Shown: positions 1 to 9,458 of the stretch, in pieces | Layout of the letters: every line of letters begins with the position of its first letter | Position numbering within the stretch: position 1 is the stretch's first letter | Assembly (NCBI GenBank): GCA_035494915.1 | Contig: DATJGP010000135.1 | Coordinates: forward strand, 1 to 57,226 | Direction of reading: 5' to 3' | From: Candidatus Eiseniibacteriota bacterium | GTDB taxonomy: Bacteria > Eisenbacteria > RBG-16-71-46 > SZUA-252 | Length of the DNA stretch: 57,226 bases | Translations under genes and position numbers: made by a program | The notes under the pieces: generated by a model | The model's input: only the letters and a program-made list of their open reading frames with translations | Told to the model about the DNA's origin: nothing | Databases searched by the model: none

Positions 1-552
1 GGCCGCACGGACGAGGCACTCACGCTCAATCGCCGGGCCATCGATCTGGACCCCCTGAACATGCCGTCCCTCCACAACCTCGGCTGCGTTTACTATGAGG
101 CTGGACGGCTCGAGGAAGCGGAGGCCGCGCTCCGGAACGTCCTCGCCACCCAGGCCGCGCGACAGATCACGCACTCGGTCCTGGCGCAGGTGCTCGAGGA
201 GATGGGGCGGAGCGAGGAGGCGCTCGAGGAAGCGCAGCGCGAGCCAGACCCGGCGTACCGGTTCCTGGCGCTCGCGGTCATCCATCATCGCGAAGGACGG
301 ACCGCCGAGCGCGACCTGGCCCTGCGCGAGATGGAGGAGGCCTGCGGTGAGGGCGAGCCGGTGCAGATGGCGGAGGCGTATGGCGCCTGCGGGATGGCGG
401 ATGCTTCGCTCGAGTGGCTGGAACGAGCGGCCTTGACGCGCGACTCCGCCCTCGTTCATATCAAGCCGAGCCCGCACTTCCGCGCGATCCGATCGGATCC
501 GCGGTTTCGCTCGATTCTCAAGACCATCGGCATGGACGCCAACGGAACGTGA
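1..552 (+). CDS. TPR-repeat C-terminal region of a larger signalling protein (5' partial), probably a Ser/Thr kinase- or adenylate cyclase-TPR protein
   Basis: The frame is open from base 1 (GRTDEALTLNRRAIDLDPLN...). It has TPR-like helices and ends in 'IRSDPRFRSILKTIG', which resembles the tail of the next gene ('IRHDPRYGELVRRLNL'). Confidence 0.8.
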   Translation, partial: GRTDEALTLNRRAIDLDPLNMPSLHNLGCVYYEAGRLEEAEAALRNVLATQAARQITHSVLAQVLEEMGRSEEALEEAQREPDPAYRFLALAVIHHREGRTAERDLALREMEEACGEGEPVQMAEAYGACGMADASLEWLERAALTRDSALVHIKPSPHFRAIRSDPRFRSILKTIGMDANGT

Positions 553-2810
553 TCGGAACCACGCTGTCCCACTATCGCGTCATGACGCCCCTCGGCACGG
601 GGGGTATGGGCGAGGTCTATCTCGCGCGCGACGAGCACCTGGACCGCGAGGTCGCGGTGAAGGTGCTCCAGCGCGGCATGCTCGCCGATCCGGCCGCGCG
701 CGAGCGCTTCCGGCGCGAGGCTCGCGTGCTGGCGCGGCTCTCCCATCCCGGTGTCGCGACGATCTACGACTTCGGCACGCACGAGAGCGTCGACTTCCTC
801 GTGATGGAGTACGTCCCCGGCGGCACCATCTCGGCGAGGCTCGCTTCCGGCCCCTTTTCCGTCCCGGACGTGCTCCGGCTGGGAGCCTCGATCGCCGACG
901 CCCTCGAGGAGGCGCACCGACGCGGGTTCCTCCATCGCGATCTCAAGCCGGGCAACGTCGTGCTCACCGCCGACGGCGCGCCGAAGCTCCTCGATTTCGG
1001 ACTCGCGGGACTCCTCAGCGCGGGGACGGGACAGGCGACGGAGCTCACGCAGGAGGGCACCGTGATGGGTTCCCTTCCCTACATGGCGCCCGAGCAGCTC
1101 CGCGGCGAGCCCGCGGATCTCCGGAGCGACGTCTGGGCCTTGGGCGCGCTCCTCTACGAGATGACGACGGGACGGCGCGCGTTCGAGAAAGCCCGGCCGG
1201 AGGCGCTCATGTTCGAGATCCTCCACACGATGCCACGTCCGGTCCGCACCGTTCGCCCGGACGCTCCTCCCACCCTCGAGCGGGTGGTCGAGAGCTGTCT
1301 CGACAAGGACCGCGCGCGGCGCCCCGGGTCGGCGGGAGAGGTCGCGCGCATGCTGCGTGCCGTTCAATCCGGAGCCGGCGGCGATTCGACCACGCATCAC
1401 GACCCGCCGACGGAAATCTCGCGCGACGCGATTCGATCCCTCGCGGTGCTGCCGTTCGACAACGTGTCCCGCGACCTCGCACAGGAGTGGTTCGCGGACG
1501 GCATGACGGAAACCTTGATCGCGGATCTCGCGCGGCTGCAGGGTCTCCGCGTGATCTCGCGCACGTCGGCGATGAAGTACAAAGGGGTCGCGCGATCCTT
1601 GCCGGAGATCGGCCACGAGCTGGGCGTGGATGCCATCCTCGAAGGATCGGCGCTCCTCGTGGGGCCGCGGGTCCGGGTCACCGTGCGCCTCGTGTCGGCA
1701 CGCACCGACGAGACGCTCTGGTCCCAGCGCTACGACGACAAGCTGGAGGACGTGCTGGACGTGCAGAGCAAGGTCGCCGCCGCGGTCGTGAAGGAGATCG
1801 AGCTGCACCTGGCGCCACACGAGGTGAAGCGCTTCGCCCGGCGGCAGACCGTCAAGCCTGAAGCGCATCTCGAGTACCTGAAGGGGCTTCATACGATCGC
1901 GGGAACGTCGCCGCAGGCGGTGGAGGTGAGCCTCCGGCACTTTCGACGCGCGCTCGAGATCGATCCGAGCTACGCGCCCGCGTGGGCCGGCATCGCCGAT
2001 TGCCATTCGATCCGCGCGTCGCGCGGTATGGCCCCTCCGGCCGAGGCCACCCATGAAGCGGAGGACGCGGCGCTCAAGGCGCTGACCCTCGACGATTCCG
2101 TGGCGAACGCCCACTCCATCCTCGGAACCGTCCGGCTCCATCAGCTCGACTTCGCGGGGGCGATCCGCGAGCTCAAGCGCGCCATCGAGCTCAATCCGGG
2201 ATTGGCGGACGCGTATCAGATCCTCGGGCGCGTCCTCTACTGCACGGAACAGCACACGGACGCGCAGGCGGCCATGCTCGAGGCGCTGCGGCTCGACCCG
2301 ATGTCGATGATCATCCACACGTCGGTGGGCGACGCCTACTACTACGCGCGAGAGTTCGAGCGGTCCGTCGTCTACTACCGCAAGGCCATCGAGCTCGACC
2401 CCAGATTTGACGGGGCCCACACCGATCTGGCGCGGTCCCTCGAAGCGCTCGGCCGCTTCGACGAGTCCCGGAAGGAGTACGAGGAAGGGAGACTGCTCAG
2501 CGGAGGCGTCGCCGGCCCCTCGTTCGGACTCGCGCACCTGGCCGCGAGCCGTGGGGACACGGCGGAAGCGCGACGCATGCTCGCCGAGCTCACCGAAGCG
2601 CGGTCGCGCCGCGTCGTGTCGGCCTGGGGGCTGGGCGCCCTCCATGCGTCCCTCGGTGACATCGACGAGGCGTTCGGCTGGTTGGAGACCGCGGTGAAGG
2701 AGCAGGCGACCGGGCTAGCCTTCCTCCGCGTGCATCCGCGGATCGATTCCATCCGCCACGATCCGCGCTACGGCGAGCTCGTGAGGCGCCTCAACCTCCA
2801 CGCCGTCTGA
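549..2810 (+). CDS. Hanks-type Ser/Thr protein kinase with a TolB_N-like domain and TPR repeats
   Basis: Kinase motifs LGTGGMGEVY, VAVK, HRDLKPGN, DFGLA and YMAPE; 'SLAVLPFDN...FADGMTETLIADLA' (TolB_N-like); C-terminal TPRs. The GTG start at 549 overlaps the upstream TGA (GTGA). Confidence 0.93.
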   Translation: MIGTTLSHYRVMTPLGTGGMGEVYLARDEHLDREVAVKVLQRGMLADPAARERFRREARVLARLSHPGVATIYDFGTHESVDFLVMEYVPGGTISARLASGPFSVPDVLRLGASIADALEEAHRRGFLHRDLKPGNVVLTADGAPKLLDFGLAGLLSAGTGQATELTQEGTVMGSLPYMAPEQLRGEPADLRSDVWALGALLYEMTTGRRAFEKARPEALMFEILHTMPRPVRTVRPDAPPTLERVVESCLDKDRARRPGSAGEVARMLRAVQSGAGGDSTTHHDPPTEISRDAIRSLAVLPFDNVSRDLAQEWFADGMTETLIADLARLQGLRVISRTSAMKYKGVARSLPEIGHELGVDAILEGSALLVGPRVRVTVRLVSARTDETLWSQRYDDKLEDVLDVQSKVAAAVVKEIELHLAPHEVKRFARRQTVKPEAHLEYLKGLHTIAGTSPQAVEVSLRHFRRALEIDPSYAPAWAGIADCHSIRASRGMAPPAEATHEAEDAALKALTLDDSVANAHSILGTVRLHQLDFAGAIRELKRAIELNPGLADAYQILGRVLYCTEQHTDAQAAMLEALRLDPMSMIIHTSVGDAYYYAREFERSVVYYRKAIELDPRFDGAHTDLARSLEALGRFDESRKEYEEGRLLSGGVAGPSFGLAHLAASRGDTAEARRMLAELTEARSRRVVSAWGLGALHASLGDIDEAFGWLETAVKEQATGLAFLRVHPRIDSIRHDPRYGELVRRLNLHAV

Positions 2811-2828
2811 CGCCCGGACGCGCCCTCG

Positions 2829-4334
2829 TCAGGACAGCCCGTAGAGCGGCCGGAACTTCCCTTCCAGGTACGCCATGTAGGGCTCGATCGTGAGCTCGCT
2901 CCCCGTCACCCGCTTCGTGAGCTCGGCCGGCGTGAACTTGGCGCCGTGGCGGTAGATGTTGTCCTTCAGCCAGTCGTGCAGGCCTCCGAAGGAGCCGCGC
3001 CGGATGTCCTCCGGGATCTCGGGGCGCGCCTTCACCGCGGTCCCGTAGAACTGCGCGGAGAGGATGTTCCCCAGCGTGTATCCCTGGAACTGGCCGCCGA
3101 TCAGACCGTGGTACCAGTGGACGTCCTGCAGCACGCCGTTCGTGTCGTCGGGCACGGCCACTCCCATCGACGCCTGGAACCGCTCGCGCCAGACGCGCGC
3201 CAGGTCCTTGACCGCGAGGTTTCCCTCGAGGAGATCGAGCTCCAGGTCGAAGCGGAGCATGACGTGGAGGTTGTACGTGGCCTCGTCGGCATCCGTGCGG
3301 ATCAGCGACCGCTCGACGCGGTTGATGGCGCGGTAGAACGCGTCGACGCTCACCGTGGCGAGATCGCGTCCGAAGGTCGCCTGCATGCGGGGAAGGAAGC
3401 ACTCCCAGAACCCCCGGCTCCGTCCCACCAGGTTTTCCCACAGGCGGGACTGGCTCTCGTGCACCCCTGAGGAGGCCCCGCCCGAGAGCGGTGTCCCCTC
3501 GAGCGCGGGATCGATGCCCATCTCGTACAGAGCGTGGCCGCACTCGTGGAGCGTGGAGAAGAGCGAGTCGGTGACGTCGTTGTCACGCGACCGCGTCGTG
3601 ATACGCACGTCGCCGTGCGCGAACTTCGTCATGAAGGGGTGGTGCGTCAGATCCTGCCGGCCGCGCGTGAAGTCGAATCCGAACGCCCGGATCACCTCGA
3701 GCCCGAACCGGAGCTGGGTCTCGAGCGGCACCGACTTCCGGACCGGCGAATCGTCGAGCTGGGGGCGGGCCGCGATCGCCTGCACCAGAGGCTCGAGCCG
3801 CCCGCCGAGCGCGTGGAAGAGCCGACGAATGTCGGCGGCCTTCATTCCATGGTCGTGCGTGTCGATCAGGGGATCGGCGATGTGATCGTAGCCGGGATGG
3901 CATTCGGCCGCGCGGCGCGACAGCTCGAGGGAGCGCTCGAGGTAGGGCCGCACCCGATCGAAATCGTTCGCCGGCTTCGCGACGGTCCAGGCCTGATAGC
4001 TGAGCGCCGCGTTCTCCTCGATCTCCGAGACGAGCGACGCGGGCATCCGGCGATCGCGGTCATAGCGGCGCCGCGTCAGCCGGATGAGCGACGCCTCGTC
4101 CGAATCGTAGGGGGCGGGCTCCGTCTCCTTGGCCGCGGCGTCGAGCAGCCGCCCCGTCTCCGCATCGATGAAGCTCTGGTGCGCGAGCCTCGAGAGCGTG
4201 GCCATCTGCCGTCCGCGCGCCGTGCCGCCGGCGGGAGGCATGTACGTCGTCTGGTCCCAGCTCAGCACGGCCGTGGCGCGTCGCAGATCATCGATCTCGG
4301 TGAGCCTTTGCTTCAGTTTCTGGAGCGCGTCCAT
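2829..4334 (-). CDS. Carboxypeptidase Taq, family M32 metallopeptidase
   Basis: Motifs LSWDQ, HPF, DVRITTR, HECGH (HEXXH), HESQSRLWEN, IRTDADE, QDVHW and YTLGN. Start placed at MDALQK. Confidence 0.95.
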   Translation of the reverse strand: MDALQKLKQRLTEIDDLRRATAVLSWDQTTYMPPAGGTARGRQMATLSRLAHQSFIDAETGRLLDAAAKETEPAPYDSDEASLIRLTRRRYDRDRRMPASLVSEIEENAALSYQAWTVAKPANDFDRVRPYLERSLELSRRAAECHPGYDHIADPLIDTHDHGMKAADIRRLFHALGGRLEPLVQAIAARPQLDDSPVRKSVPLETQLRFGLEVIRAFGFDFTRGRQDLTHHPFMTKFAHGDVRITTRSRDNDVTDSLFSTLHECGHALYEMGIDPALEGTPLSGGASSGVHESQSRLWENLVGRSRGFWECFLPRMQATFGRDLATVSVDAFYRAINRVERSLIRTDADEATYNLHVMLRFDLELDLLEGNLAVKDLARVWRERFQASMGVAVPDDTNGVLQDVHWYHGLIGGQFQGYTLGNILSAQFYGTAVKARPEIPEDIRRGSFGGLHDWLKDNIYRHGAKFTPAELTKRVTGSELTIEPYMAYLEGKFRPLYGLS

Positions 4335-4395
4335 TTGGGTCTCTCCGGGGTCTGGTCCCAGCCGATCGAGGCAAGACCGGGGAGTATACTGAGGC

Positions 4396-4505
4396 ATGAA
4401 CCGTCGTTTGAAGGACGATCAGCTGGACCTCTTCACGCCCCCACAGGCGCTCCCCGAAGGCCTCCGGTACCGCGCGGAGGTCCTGTCCCCCGATGAAGAG
4501 CTCAG
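4396..4505 (+). pseudogene. N-terminal remnant of an AlkB-like 2OG-Fe(II) oxygenase
   Basis: MNRRLKDDQLDLFTPPQALPEGLRYRAEVLSPDEE resembles the N-terminus of bacterial AlkB-family proteins as I recall them. The similarity ends at the terminator of the opposing gene. TATACT lies 5 nt upstream of the ATG. Confidence 0.5.
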
Positions 4506-4517
4506 GGTCCCCCTAGA

Positions 4518-4555
4518 AACGAAAAGGGACGGGAGGCCGAGCGCATCCCGTCCCT
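4518..4555 (-). terminator. Intrinsic terminator of the protease gene
   Basis: 10-bp stem agggacggga/tcccgtccct (4525-4555), followed on the minus strand by ttttcgttt. Confidence 0.75.
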
Positions 4556-4575
4556 CGTGTCGTTGTGGTGCTGTC

Positions 4576-5610
4576 TTACTTGACCGTGGCCGAGAACCTC
4601 GAGAGCACCGGCCCGATCGGATTGGCGAACGATCCGCCGCTCCCGCCCGCGAAGCAGAGACCCACCGGGTTCGCGCCCGTCTCGGTGACCATGAGCGAGC
4701 CCGAATCCCCGGAGCGGATGAAGCTTCCCGGCGTCTGGATCTGATTCACGAACGTCGCGATGCCGCCGTTCGAGTACTGGACCTGGATCGTCACGTTGAT
4801 CGCCTGGATGTTCGCGTGGGTGAGGTTCGACGTACGACCGGTCTTCTTGACCGCGAGCCCGACGGAGGGGCTCACCACGGTCGACGACGGATCGTAGCCG
4901 CTCGCCTCGACCGACGTGTACGCACGCCCCGCGCTCGGAGCGGCGATGGCGGCGTCGAACGTGTTGTTGCTGGTGAAGCTGATCGCCTGGAAATCCGCCA
5001 GGGTCGCGCACTGCGGCGACGGATCGCAGATCGGGTGCGAGTCGTAGCGGCCCGGCGCGTCGATCCGCTCGCCGTTCGAGGCGGCGTTCTCGCGCGCGAA
5101 CACGTGGTTGTTCGAAAGGAAGTACTCGTTTCCTCCCTTGATCACGACGCAGCCGAGCGTGCCCGCAGCGCACTCGAGGTCGTTGCCCGTGGAGGTGCCC
5201 ATCTGGAGCGTGCCGCCGCCGCCCGGCTTGGCGTACGGGATGACCGTCCCCGTCATGTTGACGCGGGTCGGGTAGCCCTCGATGGTGGCAGGGACCGCGA
5301 CGCCGGGACGGCTGGTATAGACGACGATGACGGGATAGCCCTGGGCGTCGGCCGAGGTGCCGGTGCCGATGATGCCACTCCGCTTGAGCAGCTCGGGGGT
5401 GGCGCGATTCTGTGCCGCCATCGCGGACATCATGGCGGGTGAGTCACCGGGGACGAACCGCGAGCCATAGTCGAGGGCGGTCGTGTTGGTGGATTTCGGA
5501 GCGATGGGACCCGAGTGATCCTCACCGCACCCCGCCGCGAGCAAGAGCGCGAGCGCGAGAACCGCGAGGACGAGGAAGAGTTCCGACCGGAGGGGAGGGG
5601 TTCCGTGCAT
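4576..5610 (-). CDS. Lipoprotein trypsin-like serine protease (Nal1-like, S1 fold)
   Basis: Lipobox LAAGC; GTLGC; catalytic triad motifs SNNHV, FDAAIA and GDSGS; KKTGRTS. AGGAGG lies about 10 nt upstream of the ATG at 5610. Confidence 0.85.
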   Translation of the reverse strand: MHGTPPLRSELFLVLAVLALALLLAAGCGEDHSGPIAPKSTNTTALDYGSRFVPGDSPAMMSAMAAQNRATPELLKRSGIIGTGTSADAQGYPVIVVYTSRPGVAVPATIEGYPTRVNMTGTVIPYAKPGGGGTLQMGTSTGNDLECAAGTLGCVVIKGGNEYFLSNNHVFARENAASNGERIDAPGRYDSHPICDPSPQCATLADFQAISFTSNNTFDAAIAAPSAGRAYTSVEASGYDPSSTVVSPSVGLAVKKTGRTSNLTHANIQAINVTIQVQYSNGGIATFVNQIQTPGSFIRSGDSGSLMVTETGANPVGLCFAGGSGGSFANPIGPVLSRFSATVK

Positions 5611-5797
5611 GGTTCGAGGACCTCCTAGCGCATGGTGCATACCGGCGTGCGCCGCGCGATCTCCCGCTCGGCCCGGGCATCGCGAAGCGCGGGGAAGGAA
5701 CGACTCGTGGACACTACTCCTCGACCCAGGAGAGGACCAAGCGGTTTTCGGGGGGCGTCGAGCCCCGTCGCGGTCGTAGACCCAAGGGTCCGGGCCC

Positions 5798-6784
5798 CTA
5801 CCCGTTGATCGTCAGCATGCCCCCTTCGGGATAGCGGGTGCCCGCGGTCGCCCCCACCGGCGCCACCTCGTCGATCCGGTGCGCATCCTCGGGCGTGATG
5901 CGAACGTCCAGCGCCTTCACGTTCTGCTCGAGGTACTCGCGTCGCTTCGTGCCGGGGATGGGCACGATATCGCCTCCGCGCGACAGGAGCCACGCCAGGG
6001 CAAGCTGGGCGGGCGTGCAGCGCTTCTCCCGCGCGATCTCCTCGACCCGGTGGACGAGGTCCAGATTCTTTCTGAAGTTATCGCCCTGGAATCGCGGATG
6101 GTTGCGGCGTGCGTCGTCCGCGGGGAGGTCGGCCTCGCTCTGGAACCGCCCCGACAGGAATCCGCGACCGAGGGGGCTGTAGGCGACGAAGCCGATCCCC
6201 AGCTCGCGGCACGCGGCCAGCACTCCCTCTTCGGGATCCCGGGTCCACAGTGAGTACTCGGTCTGGAGGGCCGTGATCGGATGGGTCCGATGCGCGCGCC
6301 GGATCGTGTCCGGAGCGGCCTCGGAGAGTCCGAGGTGGCGAATCTTCCCCGCCCGCTGGAGCTCCCCCATGGCGCCAACGGTGTCCTCGATGGGCACGGA
6401 ACGGTCGACGCGATGCTGGTAGTAGAGATCGATGTGGTCGACGCCGAGCCGGCGGAGCGAAGCGTCGCACGCCCGTCGCACGTAGTCCGGCCGGCTATTC
6501 TGGCCCAGCCACGCTCCCTTCTCGTCCCGCAGGTTGCCGAACTTGGTGGCGAGCACGACCTCGTTCCGGCGGCCCCGGATCGCCCGTCCCACCAGCTCCT
6601 CGTTCGTGTAGGGGCCGTACACGTCGGCCGTGTCTATGAACGTGACGCCCAGATCCAGCGCGCGATGAATCGTGGCGATCGACTCCTCATCGTCGCGCGA
6701 ACCGTAGAATTCGGACATTCCCATGCAGCCGAGACCCAGAGCCGAGACCTCGAGCCCCTGCCCCAGCGAGCGCTTCGAAACCAT
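5798..6784 (-). CDS. Aldo/keto reductase
   Basis: Motifs [41 protein letters not shown] and PIPGT. Confidence 0.96.
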   Translation of the reverse strand: MVSKRSLGQGLEVSALGLGCMGMSEFYGSRDDEESIATIHRALDLGVTFIDTADVYGPYTNEELVGRAIRGRRNEVVLATKFGNLRDEKGAWLGQNSRPDYVRRACDASLRRLGVDHIDLYYQHRVDRSVPIEDTVGAMGELQRAGKIRHLGLSEAAPDTIRRAHRTHPITALQTEYSLWTRDPEEGVLAACRELGIGFVAYSPLGRGFLSGRFQSEADLPADDARRNHPRFQGDNFRKNLDLVHRVEEIAREKRCTPAQLALAWLLSRGGDIVPIPGTKRREYLEQNVKALDVRITPEDAHRIDEVAPVGATAGTRYPEGGMLTING

Positions 6785-6814
6785 CGCAGTTCTCCTTTCG
6801 ATCGAGCGCCGCGC

Positions 6815-7663
6815 TTAGCGGGCCGTCGGGTGATCCATGGACGGACGTCTCGCGACCGCCAGCAAGTGCGCGCTCGCTCCGCGTATGGAGGGCTCCGCCT
6901 CCACCTGTCGAGCCACGCGCAGGAGATCCTCGCGCGTGCGTGGGTCGCTCCAGCGCGCGTCGAAGTCGTGCAGCAGCCAGCCGGGACCCTCGACGCCGTA
7001 GACCTCGTGCAGGTCGAGCCCCGCCGCCGACACGTCGGCGGCCAGGTCTTCGGGCCTGTGGAAATAACTCGTGGTGAAATAGTCCTCCCGCTCGGTCGCG
7101 TTGCGATGCTGTCCCTCCGCGAGATCTCGTTCGACGATTGCCCCGAACCGCGGGTCCTGGAACAGATCGCGCGTCAGTCCGTCCAGCGACGACGCGAAGC
7201 GGGAGATCGCAGCCGCGAAGAGCCATCCTCCGGGTCGAAGCGCGCGGCATGCCTCGCGAAGCGCCGTGATGCGGTCCTCGCTCGACGTCAGATGATAGAG
7301 CGGCCCGAGCAGGAGGACGACGTCGGCGAACGCGTCGGCCACGGGAAGCGCGCGGGCATCGCCAACGCGCAGCGACGCCAGGCGGCCGCCGCCGCGGCGC
7401 GTCGCTTCCTCGACCAGTCGATTGGACGCGTCGAGGAGATGCACCTCGTAGCCCCGATGCGCGAGACCGAACGCATACGCCCCCGCGCCGCCCCCGACGT
7501 CCAGCACGCGCGCCGGCGGAGACGGGGCGTGTCGCGCGATCAGCTCTTCGGTCCGGACGCGCTCCAGCTGGAACGGGCCTCGTTCCAGACGTGTCTCTTC
7601 GGGGATCCGGGCGTAATATTCCTGGATCTCGGGATCGAGCGACGGCTTCGGATCGCGACTCAT
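6815..7663 (-). CDS. Class I SAM-dependent methyltransferase
   Basis: Motif I VLDVGGGAGAY, then VGDARALP, DVVLLLGPLYHL and ALRPGG. The true start (MSRDPKP) is far inside the tracked ORF. Confidence 0.9.
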   Translation of the reverse strand: MSRDPKPSLDPEIQEYYARIPEETRLERGPFQLERVRTEELIARHAPSPPARVLDVGGGAGAYAFGLAHRGYEVHLLDASNRLVEEATRRGGGRLASLRVGDARALPVADAFADVVLLLGPLYHLTSSEDRITALREACRALRPGGWLFAAAISRFASSLDGLTRDLFQDPRFGAIVERDLAEGQHRNATEREDYFTTSYFHRPEDLAADVSAAGLDLHEVYGVEGPGWLLHDFDARWSDPRTREDLLRVARQVEAEPSIRGASAHLLAVARRPSMDHPTAR

Positions 7664-7675
7664 GGAGGCTTCATC

Positions 7676-8563
7676 ATAGACCAGACGAGAATCGGCGGTG
7701 TCGCGCTCCTCGTGGCGAATCTCGAGCGGTCGCTCGACTACTACCGCAACGTGCTCGGCTTCGTGCCGCTCGATGGCGAAGCACCTTCGCGCGCCGCGCG
7801 CCTCGGCGTTCCGGGCAGTAGAGCGCCGCTCCTCGAGCTGCGGGAGCACCGGGGCGCGCGGCCGGTCCCGCGGCGGGGACGCATCGGCCTCTACCACGTG
7901 GCCGTGCTCCTCCCCTCTCGCGGCGATCTCGGTCGCTTCCTCGATCACGTGATGGCGCGCGACCAGCGTCTCGGCGCATCCGATCACGGGGTGAGCGAGG
8001 CGCTCTACCTCACCGATCCCGACGGCATCACGATCGAGGTCTATCGAGACCGGCCGCGAAGCGAATGGCCGACGCAGCGAGGGGGCGTCTGGATGGGCAA
8101 CGAGCCCCTCGACGGAGACGCGATCCTGCGCGCCGGAGGGGGCGCTCCCTTCGACGGTCTTCCCGAGGGCACGACCGTCGGCCACGTGCACTTCTACGTC
8201 GAGGATCTCGAGAAGGCGCGCGTGTTCTATGTGGACGCGCTTGGGTTCGAGGTGACGTTCGAGGGCTATCCGGGCGCCCTCTTCGTCGCTTCGGGCGGCT
8301 ATCACCATCACGTCGGACTCAACACATGGGCCCTGGGCTCGCCCATCGCGGGGCCGGAGGACGCGGGGATCGTCCACTGGGACCTCGTGCTGCCGGATGC
8401 GCACGCCGTGAACGCGACGGCGGCGCGGGCCCGCGCCGCGGAGTTCGACGTCGCCGCGGAGGGGACCGTGGTGCGCGTCCGCGATCCGTGGGGCATCACC
8501 GTGCACCTCATCGATGGCCGCGCGGTGCGAACCGGCGCTTCGTCGCGAGAGTCTTCGGCGTGA
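7676..8563 (+). CDS. Two-domain VOC/glyoxalase protein (CatE / catechol 2,3-dioxygenase-like); start codon uncertain
   Basis: Motifs GLYHVAVLLP, ASDHGVSEALYLTDPDGITIEVY, GHVHFYV, GGYHHHVGLNTW and DPWG. No in-frame ATG near the N-terminus. Candidates are ATA at 7676 (after GGAGG) or GTG at 7712. Confidence 0.85.
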   Translation: MDQTRIGGVALLVANLERSLDYYRNVLGFVPLDGEAPSRAARLGVPGSRAPLLELREHRGARPVPRRGRIGLYHVAVLLPSRGDLGRFLDHVMARDQRLGASDHGVSEALYLTDPDGITIEVYRDRPRSEWPTQRGGVWMGNEPLDGDAILRAGGGAPFDGLPEGTTVGHVHFYVEDLEKARVFYVDALGFEVTFEGYPGALFVASGGYHHHVGLNTWALGSPIAGPEDAGIVHWDLVLPDAHAVNATAARARAAEFDVAAEGTVVRVRDPWGITVHLIDGRAVRTGASSRESSA

Positions 8564-9165
8564 CCGACCCGCTCGACCCCGTCGACGACTGCCCGCCGGC
8601 TCCCGAGCTCATGATCACGGGCGATCTCCTGAGCCGCGCCAAGGGAGGCGATCGGCTCGCGCTCGGCGCCCTGATGGAGCGCTATCGGCCGCGCCTCGTG
8701 CGCTGGGCCAGCGGACGGCTCCCGGCCTACGCGCGCTCCCTGCTCGACACCAACGACCTGGTCCAGGAGACCCTCCTCCGCGCGATCGAGGTCCTGGATA
8801 CGATCGAGGTGCGCGGGCCCGGGGTGTTCCAGGCCTATGTTCGCCAGGCGGTGCTCAATCGTATTCGGGATCAGGTGCGGTGGGCGCGTCGGCGGCCGGG
8901 AGAGGACGGCGTGCCCGAGACCCTGGAGGACGCGGCCCCGTCTCCGCTGGAGCGCGCCATCGGCACCGAGACCCTGGACCGGTACGAGCGCGCGCTCGAG
9001 AGGCTGACGGACGATGAGCGCCGCCTGCTCCATCTGCGCATCGAGCTCGATTTCAGCTACGAGGAGGTGGCCGCCATCACCGAGCGGGGAAGCAGGGACG
9101 CGGCACGCATGGCGGTGCAGCGCGCGCTCCGGAAGCTGGCGGACGTCATGGGCCATGAGCGCTGA
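8560..9165 (+). CDS. ECF-type RNA polymerase sigma-70 factor
   Basis: Sigma2 region 'LMERYRPRL...DTNDLVQETLLRA...VLNRIRD' and sigma4 region 'LERLTDDERRLLHLRIELDFSYEEVA...ARMAVQRALRKL'. The GTG start overlaps the upstream TGA. Confidence 0.92.
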   Translation: MTDPLDPVDDCPPAPELMITGDLLSRAKGGDRLALGALMERYRPRLVRWASGRLPAYARSLLDTNDLVQETLLRAIEVLDTIEVRGPGVFQAYVRQAVLNRIRDQVRWARRRPGEDGVPETLEDAAPSPLERAIGTETLDRYERALERLTDDERRLLHLRIELDFSYEEVAAITERGSRDAARMAVQRALRKLADVMGHER

Positions 9166-9403
9166 CGACAAGCTGGACTCGCTCGCCGAGTCGGTGTCCG
9201 ATGGACGTCCCGTGGACTGGGTCCACGAGGAGACGGAAGCGGACGCCGACGAGGAGCCGAGCGTGCGCGCGCTCCGGGACGTATCGCTGATCGCGGAGTT
9301 CAGCCGGGACCTCCAGCGCGGCGCCGTCGCGACGCCGGATGAAATCGGGACGAACGAGGACCATGCGGACGACGTGAGAGGAATTGCGGAGGATGACAAA
9401 TGA
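9155..9403 (+). CDS. Small acidic protein resembling the N-terminal extension of ECF-associated Ser/Thr kinases, with no kinase domain
   Basis: 82 aa, overlapping the 3' end of the sigma gene. Sequence 'LAESVSDGRPVDW...VRALRDVSLIAEF'. Confidence 0.6.
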   Translation: MSADDKLDSLAESVSDGRPVDWVHEETEADADEEPSVRALRDVSLIAEFSRDLQRGAVATPDEIGTNEDHADDVRGIAEDDK

Positions 9404-9458
9404 CCGGGACCCGTAGAAGGGCCCCGGTCATCGCTCCCTGCGCACTTCACGATCGGCG

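Noticed and set aside
6281-8563. 760-aa and 563-aa overlapping ORFs as long fusion proteins
   Set aside because: Only the 3' portions carry motifs (VOC and methyltransferase). The extensions are shadows of the opposing genes.
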